This document shows, piece by piece, positions 10,858 to 21,663 of a stretch of DNA of 64,000 nt. Source of the DNA: Escherichia coli (GTDB taxonomy: Bacteria > Pseudomonadota > Gammaproteobacteria > Enterobacterales > Enterobacteriaceae). A program made the translations under genes and the position numbers. The notes under the pieces were generated by a model. It was not told the origin of the DNA and did not search any database. It saw nothing but the letters and a program-made list of their open reading frames with translations. The stretch is taken from assembly GCF_036507355.1 (NCBI RefSeq), contig NZ_AP027877.1, one strand, 5' to 3'. The stretch's first letter is position 1, and every line of letters starts with the position of its first letter.

Positions 10858-12177
10858 ATGGATATCTGCTCCCGAAACAAGAAATTAACGATTAGAAGAC
10901 CAGCGATACTGGTTGCACTGGCACTTTTACTGTGTAGTTGTAAAAGCACGCCTCCAGAGTCCATGGTGACACCACCAGCGGGTTCAAAGCCACCAGCCAC
11001 GACGCAACAATCGTCACAACCGATGCGTGGCATCTGGCTGGCCACGGTGTCTCGCCTCGACTGGCCACCGGTTTCCTCGGTTAACATTAGTAACCCCACC
11101 AGCCGGGCCCGTGTACAACAACAGGCGATGATCGACAAACTGGATCATCTGCAACGTCTCGGCATAAACACGGTCTTTTTCCAGGTCAAGCCGGACGGTA
11201 CCGCCCTGTGGCCATCGAAAATTTTGCCGTGGTCCGATCTTATGACCGGTAAGATTGGTGAAAATCCGGGTTACGATCCGCTGCAATTTATGCTCGACGA
11301 AGCCCACAAGCGTGGGATGAAAGTACACGCCTGGTTTAACCCCTATCGCGTATCGGTTAATACGAAGCCCGGTACTATCAGGGAACTGAATAGCACCCTG
11401 TCTCAACAACCGGCGAGCGTCTATGTGCAACACCGCGACTGGATCAGAACGTCCGGCGATCGCTTTGTCCTCGACCCGGGCATCCCTGAGGTTCAGGACT
11501 GGATCACATCAATAGTCGCAGAAGTGGTTTCCCGCTATCCGGTAGATGGCGTGCAGTTTGACGACTATTTCTATACTGAGTCACCGGGTTCACGGCTAAA
11601 TGATAACGAAACGTACCGCAAATACGGAGGCGCATTTGCGTCAAAAGCAGACTGGCGGCGCAACAATACTCAGCAGTTAATTGCAAAAGTATCGCACACC
11701 ATTAAAAGCATTAAGCCGGGAGTCGAATTTGGCGTTAGCCCGGCAGGCGTGTGGCGTAACCGATCACACGATCCGCTCGGCTCCGATACCCGAGGCGCGG
11801 CAGCCTATGACGAATCCTACGCTGACACTCGTCGATGGGTGGAACAAGGATTGCTGGATTACATTGCTCCCCAAATTTACTGGCCGTTCTCACGGAGTGC
11901 CGCGCGTTATGACGTGTTGGCAAAATGGTGGGCGGATGTCGTTAAACCGACCAGGACCCGCCTGTATATCGGTATCGCCTTCTATAAAGTGGGTGAACCT
12001 TCAAAGATAGAGCCAGACTGGATGATTAACGGCGGCGTACCGGAACTGAAAAAGCAGCTCGATCTTAACGATGCGGTACCAGAAATTAGCGGCACCATCT
12101 TGTTCCGTGAGGACTATCTGAATAAACCGCAGACTCAACAAGCGGTCAGCTATCTGCAAAGTCGTTGGGGCAGTTGA
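10858..12177 (+). CDS. yddW: outer-membrane lipoprotein glycoside hydrolase YddW (DigH)
   Basis: 439-aa ORF with lipobox (LLLCSC) and GH-like TIM-barrel composition; position between gadC and dosC. Confidence 0.85.
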   Translation: MDICSRNKKLTIRRPAILVALALLLCSCKSTPPESMVTPPAGSKPPATTQQSSQPMRGIWLATVSRLDWPPVSSVNISNPTSRARVQQQAMIDKLDHLQRLGINTVFFQVKPDGTALWPSKILPWSDLMTGKIGENPGYDPLQFMLDEAHKRGMKVHAWFNPYRVSVNTKPGTIRELNSTLSQQPASVYVQHRDWIRTSGDRFVLDPGIPEVQDWITSIVAEVVSRYPVDGVQFDDYFYTESPGSRLNDNETYRKYGGAFASKADWRRNNTQQLIAKVSHTIKSIKPGVEFGVSPAGVWRNRSHDPLGSDTRGAAAYDESYADTRRWVEQGLLDYIAPQIYWPFSRSAARYDVLAKWWADVVKPTRTRLYIGIAFYKVGEPSKIEPDWMINGGVPELKKQLDLNDAVPEISGTILFREDYLNKPQTQQAVSYLQSRWGS

Positions 12178-12553
12178 ACTCCCATTTTTACTTTGTAACA
12201 AGCCAGTGCTTTACCCACTGGCTTGTTACCCTCTTGAAATATCCCACTAGTAATCATGCTTACATAAGTCAAATTAACCACGCAATTAACGACACTTAGT
12301 TAAACAGCCATAATCCCCCTAATAAAAATGTATGAATATGAAAAACCATACGATATTCGCAGTCACCGAAAAATAATTACGATGGGCTATACTCTTCTGA
12401 AGAACAGTAGCGTAGATTGAAACTGTCCTAAGTCGCTTATTTCTTTTTAGTATATCTTCATATTTCAGGAGAATATGGTGCAGTTAGTCGATCTCGCACG
12501 TTGCGTTTCGTTTTGATTCCGTCTGATTTCCCAGCCTTATAAGGGTGTGAATT

Positions 12554-13936
12554 ATGGAGATGTATTTTAAAAGAATGAAAGATGAGTGGACCGGACTTGT
12601 CGAACAGGCAGATCCGCCCATTCGAGCTAAAGCCGCGGAAATTGCCGTTGCGCATGCTCATTATCTGAGTATTGAGTTTTATCGAATTGTCCGCATCGAC
12701 CCGCATGCCGAAGAATTCTTGAGTAATGAACAAGTTGAGCGGCAGTTGAAAAGTGCGATGGAACGCTGGATTATTAACGTGCTTTCTGCCCAGGTTGACG
12801 ATGTCGAAAGGCTAATACAAATCCAGCATACCGTCGCGGAAGTGCATGCCCGCATAGGAATTCCGGTAGAAATTGTCGAGATGGGGTTTCGGGTGCTGAA
12901 AAAGATCCTCTATCCGGTAATCTTCTCTTCGGATTATTCTGCCGCAGAAAAACTTCAGGTCTACCATTTCTCGATTAACAGTATTGATATCGCTATGGAA
13001 GTGATGACCCGCGCGTTTACCTTTAGTGACAGTAGTGCCTCAAAAGAAGATGAAAACTATCGTATCTTCTCGTTACTGGAAAACGCCGAAGAAGAAAAAG
13101 AACGGCAAATAGCCTCAATACTTTCATGGGAAATAGATATCATCTATAAAATCCTGCTGGATTCTGATTTAGGCAGTAGTTTGCCTTTAAGCCAGGCTGA
13201 TTTTGGCCTGTGGTTTAACCATAAAGGTCGACATTATTTCAGCGGCATTGCTGAAGTGGGCCATATCTCTCGTCTGATTCAGGATTTCGACGGTATTTTC
13301 AATCAAACCATGCGTAACACCAGGAATTTGAATAACAGAAGTCTGCGGGTGAAATTTCTATTACAGATAAGAAATACTGTATCGCAAATTATTACCTTGC
13401 TGCGTGAATTGTTTGAAGAAGTATCGCGCCACGAAGTCGGTATGGATGTACTGACGAAATTACTTAACCGCCGTTTCCTGCCGACTATCTTCAAACGCGA
13501 AATTGCCCATGCCAACCGGACCGGTACACCGCTGTCAGTGCTGATTATTGACGTTGATAAATTCAAAGAGATCAACGATACGTGGGGCCATAACACTGGT
13601 GATGAAATTCTGCGTAAAGTCTCTCAGGCCTTTTATGACAACGTCCGCAGTAGTGATTATGTTTTCCGCTACGGGGGCGATGAATTTATCATTGTTTTGA
13701 CTGAAGCTTCTGAAAACGAAACGTTACGTACCGCAGAACGTATTCGCAGTCGGGTGGAGAAAACCAAACTGAAAGCCGCAAACGGCGAAGATATTGCCCT
13801 CTCACTTTCCATCGGTGCCGCCATGTTTAATGGTCATCCTGACTATGAGCGCCTCATTCAAATAGCCGATGAAGCTCTGTATATCGCCAAAAGACGAGGT
13901 AGAAACCGTGTTGAACTCTGGAAAGCCAGTCTTTAG
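12554..13936 (+). CDS. dosC: globin-coupled diguanylate cyclase DosC
   Basis: 460-aa ORF; C-terminal GGDEF domain with RYGGDEF motif; N-terminal globin sensor region. Confidence 0.92.
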   Translation: MEMYFKRMKDEWTGLVEQADPPIRAKAAEIAVAHAHYLSIEFYRIVRIDPHAEEFLSNEQVERQLKSAMERWIINVLSAQVDDVERLIQIQHTVAEVHARIGIPVEIVEMGFRVLKKILYPVIFSSDYSAAEKLQVYHFSINSIDIAMEVMTRAFTFSDSSASKEDENYRIFSLLENAEEEKERQIASILSWEIDIIYKILLDSDLGSSLPLSQADFGLWFNHKGRHYFSGIAEVGHISRLIQDFDGIFNQTMRNTRNLNNRSLRVKFLLQIRNTVSQIITLLRELFEEVSRHEVGMDVLTKLLNRRFLPTIFKREIAHANRTGTPLSVLIIDVDKFKEINDTWGHNTGDEILRKVSQAFYDNVRSSDYVFRYGGDEFIIVLTEASENETLRTAERIRSRVEKTKLKAANGEDIALSLSIGAAMFNGHPDYERLIQIADEALYIAKRRGRNRVELWKASL

Positions 13937-13960
13937 ATGCGCCAGGATGCAGAGGTAATC

Positions 13961-16360
13961 ATGAAGCTAACCGATGCGGATAATGCCGCCGATGGCATTT
14001 TTTTCCCCGCCCTTGAGCAAAATATGATGGGTGCGGTGTTAATTAACGAAAATGATGAAGTGATGTTTTTCAACCCCGCCGCAGAGAAGCTCTGGGGGTA
14101 CAAACGTGAAGAAGTCATTGGCAATAACATTGATATGCTGATTCCGCGGGATTTGCGTCCTGCGCATCCTGAATACATTCGTCACAACCGTGAAGGCGGT
14201 AAAGCGCGCGTCGAGGGGATGAGTCGGGAGCTGCAGCTGGAGAAAAAAGACGGCAGTAAAATCTGGACCCGTTTTGCGCTATCGAAAGTGAGCGACGAGG
14301 GGAAAGTTTATTACCTGGCGCTGGTACGGGATGCCAGCGTAGAAATGGCGCAAAAAGAACAGACCAGACAATTGATTATTGCCGTTGACCATCTCGACCG
14401 ACCGGTGATTGTCCTCGATCCGGAACGCCATATTGTGCAGTGCAATCGCGCATTTACCGAAATGTTTGGTTACTGCATTAGCGAAGCCAGCGGTATGCAG
14501 CCCGATACACTCCTGAACATTCCTGAATTCCCTGCCGATAACCGCATTCGTTTACAACAGTTGCTATGGAAAACCGCCCGCGATCAGGACGAATTTCTGC
14601 TGTTGACGCGCACCGGTGAAAAAATCTGGATTAAAGCCTCTATCAGCCCGGTTTATGACGTGCTCGCGCATCTGCAGAACCTGGTAATGACTTTCTCGGA
14701 TATCACCGAAGAACGGCAGATCCGCCAGCTTGAAGGCAATATTCTCGCCGCCATGTGCAGCAGCCCGCCATTTCATGAAATGGGGGAAATCATTTGTCGT
14801 AACATCGAATCTGTTCTCAACGAATCGCATGTTTCGCTGTTCGCACTGCGCAACGGGATGCCGATACACTGGGCGTCATCTTCGCACGGTGCAGAAGTTC
14901 AAAATGCGCAAAGCTGGTCAGCGACCATTCGTCAGCGTGATGGCGCGCCTGCGGGGATCCTGCAAATTAAAACCTCGTCAGGAGCAGAAACCAGCGCCTT
15001 TATCGAACGCGTGGCAGATATCAGCCAGCATATGGCCGCGCTGGCGCTGGAACAGGAAAAAAGCCGTCAGCATATTGAACAACTCATCCAATTTGATCCG
15101 ATGACCGGTCTGCCAAATCGCAATAACCTGCACAATTACCTCGATGACCTGATCGACAAAGCCGTCTCTCCGGTGGTGTATCTCATCGGTGTTGACCATA
15201 TTCAGGATGTGATTGATAGCCTTGGCTATGCGTGGGCCGATCAGGCATTGCTGGAAGTGGTCAATCGCTTTCGTGAAAAACTCAAACCGGATCAGTATCT
15301 CTGTCGTATCGAAGGTACGCAGTTTGTCCTCGTGAGCCTGGAAAACGACGTCAGTAACATTACCCAAATCGCCGATGAGCTACGGAATGTGGTCAGCAAG
15401 CCGATAATGATTGACGATAAACCCTTCCCGCTTACCTTGAGTATTGGCATCAGCTACGACGTGGGTAAAAACCGCGATTACCTGCTCTCCACTGCTCACA
15501 ATGCAATGGATTATATTCGCAAGAATGGGGGTAACGGCTGGCAGTTCTTCAGCCCGGCGATGAACGAAATGGTAAAAGAGCGTTTGGTTTTAGGCGCAGC
15601 GCTGAAAGAAGCGATTAGCAATAACCAACTGAAACTGGTTTACCAGCCGCAAATCTTCGCAGAAACGGGTGAACTCTACGGCATCGAAGCCCTTGCTCGC
15701 TGGCACGATCCCCAGCATGGTCATGTGCCCCCTTCACGGTTTATTCCTCTCGCAGAAGAGATTGGTGAAATCGAAAATATTGGGCGCTGGGTCATCGCGG
15801 AAGCTTGCCGTCAGTTAGCAGAATGGCGTAGCCAGAATATTCATATCCCGGCGTTATCCGTGAACTTGTCGGCGCTGCACTTTCGCAGTAATCAACTGCC
15901 TAATCAGGTGTCTGATGCAATGCAAGCCTGGGGTATTGACGGCCACCAGCTGACGGTGGAAATCACAGAAAGCATGATGATGGAACACGATACCGAAATC
16001 TTTAAGCGCATTCAGATCCTGCGTGATATGGGCGTGGGTTTATCGGTAGATGATTTTGGCACGGGCTTTTCCGGATTATCCCGCTTAGTCAGTCTTCCGG
16101 TAACGGAAATCAAAATTGACAAAAGTTTTGTCGATCGTTGTCTGACGGAAAAACGCATCCTTGCCTTACTTGAAGCCATTACCAGCATTGGGCAAAGCCT
16201 CAATTTAACCGTCGTGGCGGAAGGCGTCGAAACCAAAGAGCAATTTGAGATGCTACGTAAGATCCACTGTCGCGTTATTCAGGGATATTTCTTTTCCCGC
16301 CCCCTACCCGCCGAAGAAATTCCATGCTGGATGAGCAGCGTGTTACCGCTGAAAACCTGA
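13961..16360 (+). CDS. dosP: heme-PAS c-di-GMP phosphodiesterase DosP
   Basis: protein begins MKLTDADNAADGIFFPALEQ...; ATG at 13961; PAS domains, degenerate GGDEF and EAL domain; 799 aa; dosC stop lies 22 nt upstream (operon). Confidence 0.92.
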   Translation: MKLTDADNAADGIFFPALEQNMMGAVLINENDEVMFFNPAAEKLWGYKREEVIGNNIDMLIPRDLRPAHPEYIRHNREGGKARVEGMSRELQLEKKDGSKIWTRFALSKVSDEGKVYYLALVRDASVEMAQKEQTRQLIIAVDHLDRPVIVLDPERHIVQCNRAFTEMFGYCISEASGMQPDTLLNIPEFPADNRIRLQQLLWKTARDQDEFLLLTRTGEKIWIKASISPVYDVLAHLQNLVMTFSDITEERQIRQLEGNILAAMCSSPPFHEMGEIICRNIESVLNESHVSLFALRNGMPIHWASSSHGAEVQNAQSWSATIRQRDGAPAGILQIKTSSGAETSAFIERVADISQHMAALALEQEKSRQHIEQLIQFDPMTGLPNRNNLHNYLDDLIDKAVSPVVYLIGVDHIQDVIDSLGYAWADQALLEVVNRFREKLKPDQYLCRIEGTQFVLVSLENDVSNITQIADELRNVVSKPIMIDDKPFPLTLSIGISYDVGKNRDYLLSTAHNAMDYIRKNGGNGWQFFSPAMNEMVKERLVLGAALKEAISNNQLKLVYQPQIFAETGELYGIEALARWHDPQHGHVPPSRFIPLAEEIGEIENIGRWVIAEACRQLAEWRSQNIHIPALSVNLSALHFRSNQLPNQVSDAMQAWGIDGHQLTVEITESMMMEHDTEIFKRIQILRDMGVGLSVDDFGTGFSGLSRLVSLPVTEIKIDKSFVDRCLTEKRILALLEAITSIGQSLNLTVVAEGVETKEQFEMLRKIHCRVIQGYFFSRPLPAEEIPCWMSSVLPLKT

Positions 16361-16373
16361 CAAATTCCTCTCG

Positions 16374-16392
16374 CCCGCACTCGCGGGTTTTC
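16374..16392 (+). terminator. putative terminator after dosP
   Basis: short hairpin cccgc-actc-gcggg followed by ttttc. Confidence 0.4.
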
Positions 16393-16556
16393 ATTTAACG
16401 TGACACTGTCACTTAAATACTGTGATTTCAGCTACGATTCCGGGAGATTCCTTCCTTAACTTCCCCTCTTGCACCAAAACTGCACTACGCTGCACAAATG
16501 TTGATCAAAAGTTAAAAAATATAACTTTAAGCCAGCATTCTGGCGCTTATCCCGGC

Positions 16557-16574
16557 ATGGCATGAGATCTGCAT
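16557..16574 (+). promoter_or_regulatory. candidate sigma-54 (-24/-12) promoter upstream of ddpX
   Basis: tGGcatgagatctGCat: GG-N10-GC spacing, close to TGGCAC-N5-TTGCA consensus, about 45 bp upstream of the ddpX ATG. Confidence 0.35.
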
Positions 16575-16617
16575 AAGCGGAAAGCGCAGCAATTTTTGTC
16601 TTATACAGGAACCGTTT

Positions 16618-17199
16618 ATGTCGGATACCACCGAACTGGTTGATTTAGCCGTGATCTTCCCTGATCTGGAGATCGAATTGAAATACGCCTGCGCTGATAA
16701 CATCACAGGTAAAGCTATTTACCAGCAAGCGCGTTGTCTGTTACACAAGGATGCGATTACCGCGCTGGCGAAAAGTATCAGTATCGCCCAGCTATCAGGC
16801 TTACAACTGGTGATTTACGATGCGTATCGCCCACAACAAGCACAGGCGATGTTGTGGCAAGCCTGCCCAGACCCGCAATATGTTGTTGATGTGACGGTCG
16901 GTTCTAATCACAGCCGTGGCACGGCGATCGATCTGACGCTTCGTGATGAGCACGGGAACATCCTGGATATGGGCGCAGAGTTCGATGAAATGCACGAGCG
17001 CTCCCATGCCTATCACCCTTCCGTCCCGCCCGCCGCTCAGCGCAATCGGCTGTTGCTGAATGCGATTATGACTGGTGGCGGTTTTGTCGGTATCTCCAGC
17101 GAATGGTGGCACTTCGAATTACCCCAGGCAGCGAGTTACCCTCTGCTCGCTGATCAATTCACCTGTTTTATATCCCCTGGCACACAGCACGTCAGTTAA
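16618..17199 (+). CDS. ddpX: D-Ala-D-Ala dipeptidase (VanX homolog)
   Basis: 193-aa ORF with VanX-like zinc-ligand region (SNHSRGTAIDLT...EWWHFE); first gene of the ddp operon. Confidence 0.92.
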   Translation: MSDTTELVDLAVIFPDLEIELKYACADNITGKAIYQQARCLLHKDAITALAKSISIAQLSGLQLVIYDAYRPQQAQAMLWQACPDPQYVVDVTVGSNHSRGTAIDLTLRDEHGNILDMGAEFDEMHERSHAYHPSVPPAAQRNRLLLNAIMTGGGFVGISSEWWHFELPQAASYPLLADQFTCFISPGTQHVS

Positions 17200-17212
17200 T
17201 CAGGAAACTGTC

Positions 17213-18763
17213 ATGAAGAGATCGATATCGTTTCGTCCCACATTGCTCGCGCTCGTCCTTGCCACAACTTTCCCGGTTGCGCACGCCGCCGTACCGAAAG
17301 ATATGCTGGTGATCGGTAAAGCTGCCGATCCACAAACCCTCGACCCGGCAGTGACAATTGATAATAACGACTGGACGGTGACCTACCCGTCTTATCAGCG
17401 ACTGGTTCAGTACATAACGGACGGTGATAAAGGCTCAACCGACGTTGAAGGCGATCTGGCAAGTAGCTGGAAAGCGTCTGACGATCAAAAAGAGTGGACG
17501 TTCACCCTGAAGGACAATGCTAAATTTGCCGATGGCACACCGGTCACTGCCGAAGCAGTAAAACTCTCTTTTGAGCGGCTACTAAAAATCGGCCAGGGGC
17601 CAGCAGAAGCATTTCCCAAAGATTTAAAGATTGATGCTCCCGACGAACATACGGTGAAGTTTACCCTTAGCCAACCATTCGCACCGTTCCTCTACACGCT
17701 GGCGAATGACGGTGCATCCATTATCAATCCGGCGGTCTTAAAGGAACATGCAGCGGATGATGCTCGCGGCTTCCTCGCGCAAAATACCGCCGGTTCCGGA
17801 CCATTTATGCTGAAAAGCTGGCAAAAAGGTCAGCAATTAGTTCTGGTGCCAAATCCGCATTACCCAGGCAATAAACCGAACTTCAAACGGGTATCGGTAA
17901 AAATTATTGGTGAAAGTGCCTCCCGTCGCCTGCAGCTCTCCCGTGGCGACATTGACATTGCCGATGCGCTGCCGGTGGATCAACTCAACGCCCTGAAGCA
18001 GGAAAATAAAGTCAATGTGGCAGAGTATCCGTCACTGCGCGTCACCTATCTGTATCTGAATAACAGCAAAGCGCCTCTTAATCAGGCGGATCTGCGTCGG
18101 GCCATTTCCTGGTCTACCGATTATCAGGGCATGGTTAACGGCATTCTGAGTGGTAACGGAAAACAGATGCGCGGCCCGATTCCGGAAGGCATGTGGGGCT
18201 ACGATGCGACGGCAATGCAATACAACCATGACGAAACGAAAGCCAAAGCCGAATGGGATAAAGTGAAGAGCAAACCCACCAGCCTGACGTTTCTCTACTC
18301 CGATAACGATCCGAACTGGGAGCCTATTGCTCTGGCGACACAATCCAGTCTCAACAAGCTGGGCATCAATGTGAAGCTGGAAAAGCTGGCGAACGCCACC
18401 ATGCGCGACAGAGTGGGTAAAGGTGATTACGACATTGCGATTGGCAACTGGAGTCCGGATTTTGCCGACCCGTATATGTTTATGAATTACTGGTTTGAGT
18501 CAGACAAAAAAGGTCTGCCGGGTAACCGCTCGTTCTATGAAAACAGTGAGGTCGATAAGTTACTGCGCAATGCGCTCGCGACCACCGACCAGACGCAGCG
18601 TACCCGAGACTACCAGCAGGCACAGAAAATCGTCATTGATGACGCTGCTTATGTGTACCTGTTCCAGAAAAACTACCAACTGGCGATGAACAAAGAGGTG
18701 AAAGGCTTTGTGTTCAATCCCATGCTGGAACAGGTCTTCAATATCAATACCATGAGTAAATAA
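17213..18763 (+). CDS. ddpA: D,D-dipeptide ABC transporter periplasmic binding protein
   Basis: true start MKRSISFRPTLLALVLATTFPVAHA (signal peptide), ATG at 17213; family 5 solute-binding protein; 516 aa. Confidence 0.92.
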   Translation: MKRSISFRPTLLALVLATTFPVAHAAVPKDMLVIGKAADPQTLDPAVTIDNNDWTVTYPSYQRLVQYITDGDKGSTDVEGDLASSWKASDDQKEWTFTLKDNAKFADGTPVTAEAVKLSFERLLKIGQGPAEAFPKDLKIDAPDEHTVKFTLSQPFAPFLYTLANDGASIINPAVLKEHAADDARGFLAQNTAGSGPFMLKSWQKGQQLVLVPNPHYPGNKPNFKRVSVKIIGESASRRLQLSRGDIDIADALPVDQLNALKQENKVNVAEYPSLRVTYLYLNNSKAPLNQADLRRAISWSTDYQGMVNGILSGNGKQMRGPIPEGMWGYDATAMQYNHDETKAKAEWDKVKSKPTSLTFLYSDNDPNWEPIALATQSSLNKLGINVKLEKLANATMRDRVGKGDYDIAIGNWSPDFADPYMFMNYWFESDKKGLPGNRSFYENSEVDKLLRNALATTDQTQRTRDYQQAQKIVIDDAAYVYLFQKNYQLAMNKEVKGFVFNPMLEQVFNINTMSK

Positions 18764-18764
18764 C

Positions 18765-19787
18765 GTGACCTTCTGGAGTATTTTACGCCAACGCTGCTGG
18801 GGGCTGGTGCTCGTGGTGGCGGGCGTCTGCGTGATTACGTTTATTATCTCGCACCTGATCCCTGGCGATCCGGCGCGGTTACTGGCGGGTGACCGCGCCA
18901 GCGATGCTATCGTGGATAATATTCGCCAGCAACTGGGACTGGACCAGCCACTGTACGTACAGTTTTACCGCTACGTCAGCGACCTGTTTCAGGGTGACCT
19001 GGGAACATCCATTCGTACCGGGCGTCCGGTGCTGGAAGAGTTGCGCATATTTTTCCCGGCGACGCTGGAACTGGCTTTTTGTGCCCTGCTGCTGGCACTC
19101 CTGATTGGCATCCCACTGGGCATACTCTCTGCAGTATGGCGAAATCGCTGGCTGGATCATCTGGTGCGAATAATGGCCATTACCGGAATCTCCACACCTG
19201 CGTTCTGGCTTGGGCTGGGCGTCATTGTGCTGTTTTATGGTCATCTGCAAATTCTTCCCGGCGGCGGAAGGCTTGATGACTGGCTGGATCCGCCAACGCA
19301 CGTTACCGGCTTTTATCTGCTCGATGCGTTGCTTGAAGGCAACGGTGAAGTCTTCTTCAATGCGTTGCAACATCTCATCTTACCGGCATTAACGCTGGCG
19401 TTTGTTCACCTGGGGATTGTCGCCCGCCAGATCCGCTCAGCGATGCTGGAACAATTGAATGAAGACTACATTCGTACCGCCCGGGCCAGCGGCTTGCCCG
19501 GCTGGTATATCGTTCTATGTTATGCGCTACCCAATGCGTTGATCCCATCGATTACCGTATTGGGGCTGGCGCTGGGCGATTTGTTGTATGGCGCAGTGCT
19601 CACCGAAACCGTTTTTGCCTGGCCCGGAATGGGGGCATGGGTAGTGACATCAATACAGGCGCTCGACTTCCCGGCAGTGATGGGATTTGCCGTCGTGGTT
19701 TCGTTTGCTTATGTGCTGGTCAACCTGGTGGTGGATTTGCTCTATTTGTGGATTGATCCGCGTATCGGACGTGGAGGTGGTGAATGA
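18765..19787 (+). CDS. ddpB: D,D-dipeptide ABC transporter permease
   Basis: 340-aa membrane ORF, GTG start; DppB-type permease. Confidence 0.9.
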   Translation: MTFWSILRQRCWGLVLVVAGVCVITFIISHLIPGDPARLLAGDRASDAIVDNIRQQLGLDQPLYVQFYRYVSDLFQGDLGTSIRTGRPVLEELRIFFPATLELAFCALLLALLIGIPLGILSAVWRNRWLDHLVRIMAITGISTPAFWLGLGVIVLFYGHLQILPGGGRLDDWLDPPTHVTGFYLLDALLEGNGEVFFNALQHLILPALTLAFVHLGIVARQIRSAMLEQLNEDYIRTARASGLPGWYIVLCYALPNALIPSITVLGLALGDLLYGAVLTETVFAWPGMGAWVVTSIQALDFPAVMGFAVVVSFAYVLVNLVVDLLYLWIDPRIGRGGGE

Positions 19788-20680
19788 TGCTAAGCGAGGA
19801 AACGTCCGCCGTACGCCCACAAAAACAAACGCGATTTAACGGTGCAAAACTGGTATGGATGCTGAAAGGCAGTCCGCTCACCGTGACCGGCGCAGTCATC
19901 ATTGTATTAATGCTATTGATGATGATTTTTTCACCGTGGCTTGCGACGCATGATCCCAACGCCATTGATTTAACCGCCCGCCTTTTGCCGCCTTCTGCGG
20001 CGCACTGGTTTGGCACCGATGAAGTGGGACGCGATCTGTTTAGCCGCGTACTGGTCGGCAGTCAGCAATCAATTCTCGCCGGATTAGTGGTGGTCGCCAT
20101 TGCGGGTATGATTGGTTCGCTACTCGGATGTCTATCCGGTGTGCTTGGCGGACGCGCAGACGCCATCATCATGCGCATCATGGACATTATGCTGTCGATT
20201 CCTTCGTTGGTACTGACAATGGCACTGGCTGCTGCTCTCGGGCCGAGTTTATTTAACGCCATGCTGGCGATTGCTATTGTGCGAATTCCCTTTTATGTGC
20301 GCCTGGCGCGGGGGCAAGCATTAGTTGTACGCCAGTATACCTATGTTCAGGCGGCGAAAACCTTTGGCGCGTCTCGTTGGCATCTGATCAGCTGGCATAT
20401 TTTACGTAACTCCCTGCCGCCGCTGATCGTGCAGGCATCGCTGGATATCGGTAGCGCGATTTTAATGGCCGCCACGTTGGGATTTATTGGCTTGGGTGCT
20501 CAACAACCGAGTGCTGAATGGGGCGCGATGGTAGCAAATGGTCGCAACTATGTACTCGATCAGTGGTGGTATTGCGCATTTCCGGGGGCAGCGATTTTGC
20601 TTACCGCCGTCGGGTTTAATCTCTTTGGTGATGGTATTCGCGATCTGCTTGACCCGAAAGCAGGAGGAAAGCAGTCATGA
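19784..20680 (+). CDS. ddpC: D,D-dipeptide ABC transporter permease
   Basis: 298-aa membrane ORF overlapping ddpB stop by 4 nt; DppC-type permease. Confidence 0.9.
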   Translation: MMLSEETSAVRPQKQTRFNGAKLVWMLKGSPLTVTGAVIIVLMLLMMIFSPWLATHDPNAIDLTARLLPPSAAHWFGTDEVGRDLFSRVLVGSQQSILAGLVVVAIAGMIGSLLGCLSGVLGGRADAIIMRIMDIMLSIPSLVLTMALAAALGPSLFNAMLAIAIVRIPFYVRLARGQALVVRQYTYVQAAKTFGASRWHLISWHILRNSLPPLIVQASLDIGSAILMAATLGFIGLGAQQPSAEWGAMVANGRNYVLDQWWYCAFPGAAILLTAVGFNLFGDGIRDLLDPKAGGKQS

Positions 20681-21663
20681 CCCAACCCGTTCTGGACATT
20701 CAACAACTGCATTTGAGTTTCCCCGGTTTTAACGGTGATGTTCACGCGCTCAACAATGTGTCCTTGCAGATTAACCGCGGTGAAATTGTCGGTCTGGTGG
20801 GAGAATCCGGCTCAGGTAAATCAGTCACCGCAATGCTGATTATGCGTCTGCTACCGACGGGCAGTTATTGCGTACATCGGGGGCAGATTTCCCTGCTGGG
20901 AGACGATGTTCTTAACGCGCGGGAAAAACAGCTTCGTCAGTGGCGCGGCGCACGAGTGGCGATGATCTTTCAGGAACCGATGACCGCCCTCAATCCGACA
21001 CGTCGAATAGGTCTTCAGATGATGGACGTGATCCGCCATCATCAACCAATAAGTCGTCGGGAAGCCAGAGCTAAAGCGATTACCCTGCTGGAAGAGATGC
21101 AAATCCCGGATGCCGTGGAAGTTATGTCGCGCTATCCGTTTGAGCTTTCAGGTGGTATGCGCCAGCGGGTAATGATTGCGCTGGCATTCTCCTGCGAGCC
21201 GCAATTGATTATTGCCGACGAACCGACTACGGCGCTGGACGTCACGGTACAGTTGCAGGTACTGCGTTTGCTTAAACATAAAGCCCGCGCCAGTGGAACT
21301 GCGGTACTGTTCATCAGCCATGATATGGCCGTGGTGTCGCAACTGTGCGATAGCGTTTACGTGATGTATGCCGGAAGCGTAATTGAAAGCGGCGTGACGG
21401 CAGACGTTATCCATCATCCCCGGCATCCGTATACCATTGGTTTGCTGCAATGCGCACCAGAACATGGAGTACCACGCCAGCCATTACCCGCCATTCCAGG
21501 GACGGTACCAAACCTCACCCATTTGCCTGACGGCTGCGCTTTTCGCGATCGTTGCTATGCGGCAGGTGCACAGTGTGAAAACGTCCCGGCGCTGACAGCG
21601 TGTGGTGACAACAACCAGCGCTGCGCCTGTTGGTATCCGCAGCAGGAGGTCATAAGTGTCTGA
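20677..21663 (+). CDS. ddpD: D,D-dipeptide ABC transporter ATPase
   Basis: Walker A GESGSGKS, signature LSGGMRQR. Confidence 0.9.
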   Translation: MTQPVLDIQQLHLSFPGFNGDVHALNNVSLQINRGEIVGLVGESGSGKSVTAMLIMRLLPTGSYCVHRGQISLLGDDVLNAREKQLRQWRGARVAMIFQEPMTALNPTRRIGLQMMDVIRHHQPISRREARAKAITLLEEMQIPDAVEVMSRYPFELSGGMRQRVMIALAFSCEPQLIIADEPTTALDVTVQLQVLRLLKHKARASGTAVLFISHDMAVVSQLCDSVYVMYAGSVIESGVTADVIHHPRHPYTIGLLQCAPEHGVPRQPLPAIPGTVPNLTHLPDGCAFRDRCYAAGAQCENVPALTACGDNNQRCACWYPQQEVISV

